DNA of 64,000 nt from an uncultured Eubacteriales bacterium (lineage in GTDB: Bacteria; Bacillota; Clostridia; Christensenellales; Aristaeellaceae). The stretch is taken from contig ONHI01000001.1 in the NCBI GenBank assembly GCA_900317565.1, positions 7,934 to 71,933 of the forward strand, written 5' to 3'. The notes beneath the pieces are model-generated. The model was given only the letters and a program-made list of their open reading frames with translations. It searched no databases and was not told the origin of the DNA. The translations under genes and the position numbers were made by a program. How positions within the stretch are numbered: the first letter of the stretch is position 1; every line of letters starts with the position of its first letter. Below, piece after piece: positions 46,411-55,157 of the stretch.

Positions 46411-47321
46411 AAGCGCTGATCACCGGCAGCCTCGGCTTTGTGGGCAAATACCTGCGCGCGGAGCTGGAGCAGCACGGCTATGAGGTCGTGGGGCTGGACA
46501 TACAGCCCGGCGAGCAGACCCTGCGCGTGGACCTGATGGACGCGGAGCAGGTGGCCGGGATCGTGGCGACGGAGCGGCCGGACGCGATATTCCACCTGGC
46601 GGCACTGGCCGACGTGGGCAGGTCCTGGAAGCAGCCCCAGCTGACCATGCAACTGAACATCGTGGCCTCCATCAACCTGATGGAGGCCGTTCGCGCCGTC
46701 GATCCGAAGGGCATCCGCATGGTCATCGTGGGCTCCTCGGACCAGTACGGCAACCTGGGCGAATCCGGCGCCAGCGTCAGCGAGGACATGGAGATGCGGC
46801 CCCAGTCGCCCTACGCCATCTCCAAGCGGGCCCAGGAGGAGATGGCCCGGCTGTACGTGCGCAGCTATGGCATGAACATCTGCATGACCCGCTCCTTCAA
46901 CCACGGCGGCGCGGGCCAGCGTCCCGGCTTCCTGATCCCGGACTTCGCCTCCGGCATCGTGAAGATCGAGCGGGGCGAGGCCGAGGCGCTGAGCGTGGGC
47001 AACCTGTCCTCCCGGCGGGACTTCACCCACGTGAAGGACGTGGTGCGGGCCTACCGGCTGATCGCCGAAAAGGGCGTGCCGGGGGAGGTCTACAATGTGG
47101 GCTCCGGCAGGACCTACTGCGTCCAGGAGGTGCTGGACGCGCTGCGCGCCATGGCGAAGCGGGAGATTCCCGTGCGACAGGACCCGGCCCGCATGCGCCC
47201 CAGCGACACCCCCGTCATCCGCTGCGATCACAGCAAGCTGACCCGGGATACCGGCTGGGAGCCGGAATTGAAGATGGAGCAGATCCTCTCCGACACGCTG
47301 GAGTACTACAGGTCGCTGTAG
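46407..47321 (+). CDS. rmd: GDP-4-keto-6-deoxy-D-mannose reductase (Rmd-like SDR)
   Basis: ATGA overlap with gmd. [65 protein letters not shown]. These match my recollection of Pseudomonas Rmd and not the Fcl/WcaG pattern. Confidence 0.8.
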   Translation: MKALITGSLGFVGKYLRAELEQHGYEVVGLDIQPGEQTLRVDLMDAEQVAGIVATERPDAIFHLAALADVGRSWKQPQLTMQLNIVASINLMEAVRAVDPKGIRMVIVGSSDQYGNLGESGASVSEDMEMRPQSPYAISKRAQEEMARLYVRSYGMNICMTRSFNHGGAGQRPGFLIPDFASGIVKIERGEAEALSVGNLSSRRDFTHVKDVVRAYRLIAEKGVPGEVYNVGSGRTYCVQEVLDALRAMAKREIPVRQDPARMRPSDTPVIRCDHSKLTRDTGWEPELKMEQILSDTLEYYRSL

Positions 47322-47354
47322 CATCGCGAAGGGCCTGTCAGAGGATCGTACCGA

Positions 47355-48578
47355 GTGATGAACGAGAACTGCAACAGGGAGAAGATCGCCTTCGTTTGCC
47401 AGCGCTACGGGCCGGAGGTCAACGGCGGCTCGGAGCAGTATTGCCGGCAGATTGCCGAGCGTCTGGCCGGGTTTTACGATGTGACCGTCTACACCACCTG
47501 CGCCACCGACTACATGACCTGGGCGAACCGATATGCGCTGGGGGAGGAGACGATCAACGGCGTGCGGGTGAAGCGCTACAGCGTGGCGCGGGAGCGCCGC
47601 AGGTGGCCCTTCCGCATACTCTCCGCGCTGGTGAAGCGCAATCCCTGGCACACGGACGCGGCGGAGGAGCGCTGGGTCGACGCCCAGGGCCCCTACTGCC
47701 CCGATCTGATTGACGCGCTGCGGGCGGAGCACGGGCGGTACAAGGCCGTGCTGTTCATGACCTACCTCTACTACACGACGGTGCGGGGCATCGCGCTGGA
47801 CATCGACAACGCCATACTGATCCCCACGCTGCACGACGAGCCCACGGCCTACCTGCGCTGCTACGGCAGAGTCTTTGGAAGGGCCGGGAGCATCGCCTGG
47901 AACAGCCCCGAGGAGCGGGCGTTCGCGCTGAAGCGCTTTCCGTTCCTCAAGGATACCCCGGGCGCGATGACGGGCCTGGGCATCGATGTGCCCGAGGGGG
48001 CGCTGCCGCCCCTGCCCGAGGGCCTGGAGGCGGGACAATACCTGGTCTACGCCGGGCGCATCGACCGGAACAAGGGCTGCGCCGAGATGCTGGAGATGTT
48101 CAGGCGCTACAAGCGGGAGCGCGGCGGCGACCTGAAGCTTGTGCTGATGGGCAAGGCCGAGATGCCGCTGCCCGACGCGCCGGACATCGTGCCCCTGGGC
48201 TATGTGCCGGAGGCAACAAAGTACGCTGTGATGGCCGGGGCGCTGGCGCTGACGCTGTTCTCCCGGTTCGAGAGCCTGTCCATCGTCGTGCTGGAGAGCA
48301 TGGCCATGGGGCGGCCCGTGCTGGTGACCGGGCACAGCGAGGTGCTCAAGGGCCACTGCGACAGAAGCGGCGCGGGGCTTTACTTCATGGATTACCCGGA
48401 GTTCGCCCGGGGCCTGGACAGGCTGCTGGCGGGCGGCGCGGCCTACGCGCAGATGCGGGAAAAGGGCCGCAGATATGTGGAAGAAAACTATCGATGGAAT
48501 GTCATCGTGGATAAATACAGGGCGCTCATAGAACGGGCGGCCGAAGGGAGCAGAGCAAGTGTTCAAAAAGATACGTGA
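47355..48578 (+). CDS. Glycosyltransferase family 4 (paralog of 53759..55054)
   Basis: KIAFVCQRYGPEVNGGSEQYCRQIAERLAGFYDVTVYTTCATDYMTWAN...SRFESLSIVVLESMAMGRPVLV. Confidence 0.85.
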   Translation: MMNENCNREKIAFVCQRYGPEVNGGSEQYCRQIAERLAGFYDVTVYTTCATDYMTWANRYALGEETINGVRVKRYSVARERRRWPFRILSALVKRNPWHTDAAEERWVDAQGPYCPDLIDALRAEHGRYKAVLFMTYLYYTTVRGIALDIDNAILIPTLHDEPTAYLRCYGRVFGRAGSIAWNSPEERAFALKRFPFLKDTPGAMTGLGIDVPEGALPPLPEGLEAGQYLVYAGRIDRNKGCAEMLEMFRRYKRERGGDLKLVLMGKAEMPLPDAPDIVPLGYVPEATKYAVMAGALALTLFSRFESLSIVVLESMAMGRPVLVTGHSEVLKGHCDRSGAGLYFMDYPEFARGLDRLLAGGAAYAQMREKGRRYVEENYRWNVIVDKYRALIERAAEGSRASVQKDT

Positions 48579-49335
48579 AATATACGGCTACCGCGAGATG
48601 ATCTGGATGCTCGTGCGGCGCGACCTGCGCGGGCGGTACAAGAGCTCGGTGCTGGGCTTTTTGTGGACCTTCCTCAATCCGCTGTTGCAGCTGGGCGTGT
48701 ACACGATCGTGTTCTCGATCATCATGCGCAACAACGTGGAAAAATACTATCTGTTCCTGTTCATCGCGCTGATCCCCTGGATGTTCTTCGCGACGTCCAT
48801 CCAGGGCGGCACCATGTGCGTGCTCGCCCAAAAGGACATGGTCACGAAGATACATTTTCCGCGCCAGGTGCTGCCCATCGCCCACGTCACCACCTGCTTT
48901 GTGAACATGCTGCTGTGCTTCATCGTGGTGTTCGCGGTCTGCGCGGTGGGCCTGGGATTGAGGCTGGCGGTGCTTCCGCTGCTGATCCCGGTGATGCTGA
49001 CGGAATACCTGCTGGCGCTGGGGCTGTGCTTCATCGTCTCCGGCGCGACGGTCTATTTCCGCGACCTGGAGCACATCATGGGCATATTCGTGATGCTGTG
49101 GCAGTTCCTCACGCCGGTCATGTATCCCGTGGAGCAGGTGCCCGAAAACCTGCGCGGCATATTCATGATGAATCCCATGACGTCGATCATCATGTGCTAT
49201 CGGGATATACTGTACTACAAGCAGGTTCCGCAGCTGAGCAACCTGCTGCTGGCCCTGGGCATGGGGGTGCTGTTCCTGCTGCTGGGGTGGTTCCTGTTCG
49301 ATGATTTGCAGAGGCGCTTTGCGGAGGAGCTGTGA
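48559..49335 (+). CDS. wzm: ABC-2 type polysaccharide export permease
   Basis: RDLRGRYKSSVLGFLWTFLNPLLQLGVYTIVFS. Six TM segments. Overlaps neighbouring genes on both sides. Confidence 0.9.
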   Translation: MFKKIREIYGYREMIWMLVRRDLRGRYKSSVLGFLWTFLNPLLQLGVYTIVFSIIMRNNVEKYYLFLFIALIPWMFFATSIQGGTMCVLAQKDMVTKIHFPRQVLPIAHVTTCFVNMLLCFIVVFAVCAVGLGLRLAVLPLLIPVMLTEYLLALGLCFIVSGATVYFRDLEHIMGIFVMLWQFLTPVMYPVEQVPENLRGIFMMNPMTSIIMCYRDILYYKQVPQLSNLLLALGMGVLFLLLGWFLFDDLQRRFAEEL

Positions 49336-50654
49336 TGGATAACAAGGATATTGCGATACACGTCGAGCACGTTTCCAAGGAATTCAAGGTCTATTTCGAC
49401 AAGGGCGTCTATCTGAAGGAGCGCGCGCTGTTCAAGGAGCGCAACCGCCATGAGATCCGGAAGGTGCTGAAGGACATCAGCTTCGATGTCAAAAAGGGCG
49501 AGGCCATCGGCCTTGTGGGCGAGAACGGCTGCGGCAAGAGCACCATGCTGAAGCTGCTGTCCCAGATCATGTATCCGGACGGCGGCAGCGTGCAGACCCA
49601 CGGCCGCCTCTCGGCGCTGATCGAGCTGGGCGCGGGCTTCCACCCGGACATGAGCGGCCGGGAGAACATCTACACCAACGCCGCGATCTTCGGCCTCACG
49701 AAGGCGGAGATCGACCGCCGCCTGCAGACCATCATCGACTTCTCGGAACTGGGCGACTACATCGACAACCCGGTGCGCACCTATTCCTCGGGCATGTACA
49801 TGCGCCTGGCGTTCTCGGTGGCCATCAACGTGGACGCGGACATACTGCTGATCGACGAGATCCTCGCCGTCGGCGACGTGGCCTTCCAGGCGAAGTGCTT
49901 CAACAAGCTGCGGGACATCAAGCGCAAGGGCACCACCATCGTCATCGTGTCCCATTCCCTCGGCCAGATCGAGCAGATCTGCGACAAGAGCTACTGGATC
50001 GAGGGCGGCCTGGTGCGCGCCGAGGGCAATCCGGTGGATGTCCACCAGAAATACCTTCGCTATATGAGCGAGCGCACGGGCACGCTGAGCGAGAATGTGG
50101 CCGAGGAGGAGGCGCCCGCCGCGCCGGCGGCTCCTGAGACGCCGGAGGCAGGCGTTGTAGAGGCCGCCGAGGCTGCCGCCCCGCAGGGCGGTGGCGAGGA
50201 ACCTACGCCCGTCGCGCCTGTGGACGACGGCAAGCGCTGGGGAAGCAGGGACGTCGTCTTTGAGTCCATCTCGCTGTTGGATGAAACGGGAAAGGCGACC
50301 TCCAACATCGAATCGGGGAAGCCCTTCAGGATCGCCATGCGCTATAAGGTCAACAAGCCGGTGGAGGATGTCGCGTTCGGCATCGCGATCTATCGCAACG
50401 ACGGTATCGCGGTCTATGGCACGAACACGAACCTGGATCACTTCCAGTGCCAGCTCCAGGGCTCGCAGGGCACGATGGAATTTGACGTGGACTACAATGG
50501 GCTGCTGGAGGGCGTGTATACGCTGGATGTCGCGATTCACAGGCCGGATGGGTTTGCCTATGATTTCTTCAGGGAATGTATGACCTTTACGGTGTATTCG
50601 ATCATAAAAGATGTTGGCATTATGCGACTGAAGCACACTTGGCGGATCAACTAG
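49332..50654 (+). CDS. wzt: Polysaccharide ABC transporter ATP-binding protein with a C-terminal Wzt_C-like domain
   Basis: Walker A GLVGENGCGKST, signature YSSGMYMRLAF, Walker B LLIDEILAVGD. A/P/E-rich linker. About 150-aa C-terminal beta-rich domain (FESISLLDETGKATSNIESGKPFRIAMRY...). Confidence 0.9.
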   Translation: MMDNKDIAIHVEHVSKEFKVYFDKGVYLKERALFKERNRHEIRKVLKDISFDVKKGEAIGLVGENGCGKSTMLKLLSQIMYPDGGSVQTHGRLSALIELGAGFHPDMSGRENIYTNAAIFGLTKAEIDRRLQTIIDFSELGDYIDNPVRTYSSGMYMRLAFSVAINVDADILLIDEILAVGDVAFQAKCFNKLRDIKRKGTTIVIVSHSLGQIEQICDKSYWIEGGLVRAEGNPVDVHQKYLRYMSERTGTLSENVAEEEAPAAPAAPETPEAGVVEAAEAAAPQGGGEEPTPVAPVDDGKRWGSRDVVFESISLLDETGKATSNIESGKPFRIAMRYKVNKPVEDVAFGIAIYRNDGIAVYGTNTNLDHFQCQLQGSQGTMEFDVDYNGLLEGVYTLDVAIHRPDGFAYDFFRECMTFTVYSIIKDVGIMRLKHTWRIN

Positions 50655-50671
50655 AGTGGGGGGTATCGACT

Positions 50672-51472
50672 GTGGCGAAGACCATCATACCGGTGGATGT
50701 AGAGAGTATCATGCACGAAATCCGTGCGGAGATTCGGCGCGAGCACGGCATGGCTCCGGAGGACACCGGCGCGGAGCTCGCGAATGCTTCGGCGCTCGGC
50801 AATGACGGCGAGCTGGATGTCAAGCAGATCATGCGCGAAATCCGGGCGAGCATCAAAACTGCGTCGACTGAACCCGTGCCCCCCTTCAACGCGATGCAGG
50901 GCGTTCCGCAGGCGGTGGTTCCGATCGGACAGCCCGTGCAATATACCGGGCCGAACAGCGCCATAGAGACGCAGATCGCCAATGAGGCGCAGTATCTGAA
51001 GGGCAGCCACTATATCTCCTATTATTGGGATTACGGTCGCGGTCCGAAGGCCTTTATCAAGAAGATCGTCAGAAAGCTGAATCGCAGCATACTGTTGCCG
51101 ATCAACGAAAAGCAGAATGATTTCAATCTCCACGCGGCCAATGGGGTGGACGCGCTTCGCATCGGCATGGAATACCAGCAGTCCCAGATCGGCGGTCTGC
51201 ACGCGGCCCTGCAGCAGCTTGGCGGCATACAGGCCATGGTCGAGAACATCCGGGAACAGGTCGAGGGCCAGTGGAGCGCCATCGAGGTCATGCAGGAGCA
51301 GATGAACCGCATCGAGGCGGAGAGCGCGCTGCAGAGCGACAATAAGATGTCCGATCGCCTGCGCAAAATGGAGACGCAGATGAAGAAGCAGAGACAGGAG
51401 CAGTTTGCGCTTGAGGACAGTCTGCGGGCGCTGCAGGATGGTCTGGAAGAATACAAGACCAAAATCCGCTGA
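50672..51472 (+). CDS. Coiled-coil protein with duplicated IM.EIRA.I motif, function unknown
   Basis: GTG 50672 is the first start after the wzt stop (ATG 50711 is an alternative). ESIMHEIRAEIRR and KQIMREIRASIK. The C-terminal approx. 90 aa are heptad-rich (QAMVENIREQVEGQWSAIEVMQEQMNRIEAE...). Confidence 0.65.
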   Translation: MAKTIIPVDVESIMHEIRAEIRREHGMAPEDTGAELANASALGNDGELDVKQIMREIRASIKTASTEPVPPFNAMQGVPQAVVPIGQPVQYTGPNSAIETQIANEAQYLKGSHYISYYWDYGRGPKAFIKKIVRKLNRSILLPINEKQNDFNLHAANGVDALRIGMEYQQSQIGGLHAALQQLGGIQAMVENIREQVEGQWSAIEVMQEQMNRIEAESALQSDNKMSDRLRKMETQMKKQRQEQFALEDSLRALQDGLEEYKTKIR

Positions 51473-51487
51473 TTCGGGGAACAGATT

Positions 51488-52564
51488 ATGCGAGTCATAC
51501 AATTATTGCCCACGATCGCCTTTGGCGATGCCGTGGGAAACGATACCCTGGCGATACGTGATATTCTTCGGGAACAGGGTTATGACACGGGCATATACGC
51601 CGAGAACATCGACAGTCGCCTCCCCTCCGGGACGGCCCAGAGAGTGGGCCAGATGCCGGAGCTGAAGGCTGACGACGTGCTGATCTATCATGCCTCGATG
51701 GGCACCCAGCTCAATTTCGAGGTGTCGAAGCTGCCGGGGAAGAAGATGATGATCTATCACAACATCACCCCGGCGGGCTTTTTTGAGGAATACTCCACCG
51801 AGGCGGTGCGCCTGACGCAGTTTGGCTATGAGGGCATGCGGTACCTGGCGGACAAGATGGATTATTGCGTGGCGGATTCCGAGTATAACTGGCGGGAGCT
51901 GCGCGGCATGGGCTATACCTGCCCCATCGATGTCTGCCCGATCATCATTCCCTTCGAGGACTACGAGAAGAAGCCGGATGCAAAGGTCATGCGGCAATAT
52001 TCAGATAGGGAATGGACGAACCTGCTGTTTGTGGGCAGGATCGCCCCGAACAAGAAGCACGAGGACATCATTCGCGCCTTCTATTGCTATCATCGGGATT
52101 ACAATCCCAAATCCCGCCTCTTCCTGGTGGGAAGCAGCAGCGGCATGGAGCGATACGAGGCGCGCCTGAAGGATTATATCCACAGGCTCGGGCTGGACGA
52201 TTGCGTGATGCTTCCGGGCCACATCAAATTTGACGCGATACTGGCCTATTACCATATAGCGGATGTGTTTGTATGCATGAGCGAGCACGAGGGCTTTTGC
52301 GTGCCGATTGTCGAGGCCATGTATTTTGACAAGCCCATCGTGGCCTATCGCTCCACCGCGGTTCCGGAGACCATGGGAAATGGCGGAATGCTGCTGGAGG
52401 ACAAAAACCCCTTCATGGCGGCGGCGGTCATAGACCGGATCGTGCGCGACGAGCGCCTGCGCGCCTATATTTCAGAGCAACAGCACAAGCAATTGGAAAA
52501 GTTCAAATATGACACGGTGAAAAAACAACTGCTGTCCTGCCTGGATGAGATACTGCGGACATAG
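51488..52564 (+). CDS. Glycosyltransferase family 4
   Basis: GDAVGNDTLAIRDIL, YHNITPAGFF, GRIAPNKKHEDII, MSEHEGFCVPIVEAM. Confidence 0.85.
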   Translation: MRVIQLLPTIAFGDAVGNDTLAIRDILREQGYDTGIYAENIDSRLPSGTAQRVGQMPELKADDVLIYHASMGTQLNFEVSKLPGKKMMIYHNITPAGFFEEYSTEAVRLTQFGYEGMRYLADKMDYCVADSEYNWRELRGMGYTCPIDVCPIIIPFEDYEKKPDAKVMRQYSDREWTNLLFVGRIAPNKKHEDIIRAFYCYHRDYNPKSRLFLVGSSSGMERYEARLKDYIHRLGLDDCVMLPGHIKFDAILAYYHIADVFVCMSEHEGFCVPIVEAMYFDKPIVAYRSTAVPETMGNGGMLLEDKNPFMAAAVIDRIVRDERLRAYISEQQHKQLEKFKYDTVKKQLLSCLDEILRT

Positions 52565-52577
52565 GAGTTGATCGACG

Positions 52578-53762
52578 GTGAAAAAGATTGGCTTTGTCTC
52601 TCCCTGGTACGGCAAGGAGAGCAGGGGCGGGGCCGAAACCGAGCTGCGCGAGCTGGCCCAACATCTGAATGCGGCGGGCATGAAGCTGGAGGTGCTCACC
52701 ACCTGCTGCAGGAGCTTCAAGGACGATTGGAGCGTAAACCACTTCAAGCCGGGCCTGCGCAGCGAGGAGGGCATTCCGGTCCGGAGATTCCCCGTCAGGA
52801 AGCGGGATACCGCGGCGTTCGATGCCGTCAACGCAAAGCTGATCCACGGACAACAGGTATCGAAGGCCGAGGAGGAGATCTTCTGCCGGGAGATGATCAA
52901 CAGCCCGCAGATGTACGATTATATCAGCGAGCACAAGGGCGATTACGAGGTCTTTGTGTTTATACCCTACATGTTCGGAACGACGTTTTACGGCTGCCAG
53001 GCATGTATGGAGAAGGCCGTACTGATCCCGTGCCTGCATGACGAGAGCTATGCGTACATGCAGTGCTTCCGGGAGGTCTATTCAAAGGTCCGGGGCATGG
53101 TCTTCAACGCCGATCCGGAGCGCAAACTGGCGGAGCGCTTGTATGGCGTAAAGGGCGATTCCTTTGTGACCTTCGGCATCGGCATGGATACCGACTGGAG
53201 CTTCGATGCAAAGCGCTTTCGCCGGAAGTATAAGATCGACAGCCCCTTTATGCTGTACGCCGGACGAAAGGAAGCCGGGAAGAAGGTCGACATGCTCGTA
53301 CAGTATTTCGCCGAGTACAAGAAGAAGCATGACGATGATCTGAAGCTGGTCATGATCGGCGGCGGGCAGATTGATATCCCCGACAGGCGCAATACCGTGG
53401 ACCTGGGCTTTGTGGATGCGCAGGACAAGTACGACGCCTGTGCGGCGGCAACGCTGTTCTGTAATCCCTCGCAGATGGAGAGCTTCTCTCTGGTCATCAT
53501 GGAGAGCTGGCTGGCGGGACGTCCCGTGCTGGTGAACGGGAAATGCGCGGTGACGAGGGACTTCGCCGTGCAGTCAAACGGCGGTTTGTATTTTGAAAAC
53601 TATCCCGAATTTGAAAAGTGCATCGAGTATATGCTGTCCCACCGCGATGTATCGGACCAGATGGGCGAGAACGGCGGCGCGTATGTGAGGGATCACTTCT
53701 CATGGGAGGTCATCATCGAACGCTATAACAGGTATTTCTCCGGAATAGGTGCGACGGTATGA
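52578..53762 (+). CDS. Glycosyltransferase family 4 (paralog of 62700..63881)
   Basis: GTG start. IGFVSPWYGKESRGGAETELRELAQHL...NPSQMESFSLVIMESWLAGRPVLV. Confidence 0.85.
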   Translation: MKKIGFVSPWYGKESRGGAETELRELAQHLNAAGMKLEVLTTCCRSFKDDWSVNHFKPGLRSEEGIPVRRFPVRKRDTAAFDAVNAKLIHGQQVSKAEEEIFCREMINSPQMYDYISEHKGDYEVFVFIPYMFGTTFYGCQACMEKAVLIPCLHDESYAYMQCFREVYSKVRGMVFNADPERKLAERLYGVKGDSFVTFGIGMDTDWSFDAKRFRRKYKIDSPFMLYAGRKEAGKKVDMLVQYFAEYKKKHDDDLKLVMIGGGQIDIPDRRNTVDLGFVDAQDKYDACAAATLFCNPSQMESFSLVIMESWLAGRPVLVNGKCAVTRDFAVQSNGGLYFENYPEFEKCIEYMLSHRDVSDQMGENGGAYVRDHFSWEVIIERYNRYFSGIGATV

Positions 53763-55054
53763 GCAAAAAACTGATGTGGAAGGACAAGCGCGCGAAGACT
53801 CCCCGGGCAGAAAGCGTCAACCGGGCTTTGCAAGCAGACAGCGCGCCGCGCGGGGAAGCCCCCGGGCGCACAACTGCCGGGGGAAAGATCGCCTTTGTCT
53901 GCCAGCGCTACGGGCTGGAGGTGAACGGCGGCTCTGAGCTGTACTGCCGTCAGGTTGCGGAAAGGCTCGCCGGAATCTATGATGTCACGGTCTACACCAC
54001 CTGTGCGTTGGATTACTCCACCTGGGCCAATAAATATGCCCCCGGGGATGAGGACATCAACGGCGTGCATGTGAAGCGCTACAGGGTGCAGAAGGAGCGC
54101 AAGCAGAGGGAATTCGGACGCCTCTGTGAGATCGTCGCCCTCGACCCCGCCCACACCGATTCCCAGGAGGACGAATGGGTGGATATGCAGGGACCGCTTT
54201 GCCCCCAACTGATCGAAGCGCTTGAGCGGGAGCACGGGCAGTACCGGGCCGTACTGTTCATGACCTATCTGTACTATACCACCGCCAAGGGCCTGCCGCT
54301 GGGATTTGACAACGCGATACTGATTCCCACCGTTCATGACGAGCCGTGGGTCTACCTGCGCTACTTCGACAGGGTGTTCTCCGCCGCGAAGGCGATTGCC
54401 TGGAACACGCCGGAGGAGCGCGCTTTCGCGCTCAAGCGGTTTCCGTTCATCGACGGCATGCCGGAGGCCATGACGGGCATCGGGGTTGACATGCCTGAGG
54501 GCGAACTGCCGCGGATACCGGAGCAGCTTGTCAACGAGCGGTACATCGTCTACGCCGGCCGCATCGATGAAAACAAGGGCTGTCGCGAGATGTTTGAGTA
54601 CTTTCGCCGGTACAAGGACGAGGTCGGCGGCAATTTGAAGCTCGTGCTGATGGGCAAAGAGGTTCTGGAAATCCCGAGGGATCCGGATATCGTCTACCTG
54701 GGCTTTGTATCCGAGGAGATGAAATATGCCGTTATGGCGGAGGCGGTCGCGCTGGTCCTGTTTTCCCGCTTTGAGAGCCTTTCGATGGTCGTGCTTGAGA
54801 GCATGCTCATGGGCCGGCCCGTGCTGGTCACGGAGCACAGCGAGGTGTTGAAGGGCCATTGCGAGCGCAGCAACGCCGGCTTGTACTTCGCGGACTATCC
54901 CGAATTCAGGGCGACGCTGGATTATCTGCTGACGCATGCGCCACAGTACGGGATCATGTGCAGAAACGGCAGAAAATACGTGGAAGAGAACTACAGATGG
55001 GATGTTATCGTCAGGAAATACAGCGATCTGATTGAGAACATCGGCCAGGCCTGA
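53759..55054 (+). CDS. Glycosyltransferase family 4
   Basis: KIAFVCQRYGLEVNGGSELYCRQVAERLAGIYDVTVYTTCALDYSTWAN...SRFESLSMVVLESMLMGRPVLV. Confidence 0.85.
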   Translation: MSKKLMWKDKRAKTPRAESVNRALQADSAPRGEAPGRTTAGGKIAFVCQRYGLEVNGGSELYCRQVAERLAGIYDVTVYTTCALDYSTWANKYAPGDEDINGVHVKRYRVQKERKQREFGRLCEIVALDPAHTDSQEDEWVDMQGPLCPQLIEALEREHGQYRAVLFMTYLYYTTAKGLPLGFDNAILIPTVHDEPWVYLRYFDRVFSAAKAIAWNTPEERAFALKRFPFIDGMPEAMTGIGVDMPEGELPRIPEQLVNERYIVYAGRIDENKGCREMFEYFRRYKDEVGGNLKLVLMGKEVLEIPRDPDIVYLGFVSEEMKYAVMAEAVALVLFSRFESLSMVVLESMLMGRPVLVTEHSEVLKGHCERSNAGLYFADYPEFRATLDYLLTHAPQYGIMCRNGRKYVEENYRWDVIVRKYSDLIENIGQA

Positions 55055-55157
55055 GGGGAAGCGGCTATCGCCGGCATCGCTTTGGGTTCGATATGACATG
55101 AACTTGTCGCCATAATGGACAACCTGAGGGCTTTACCCGGACAGGAGGGCGTGGGTT

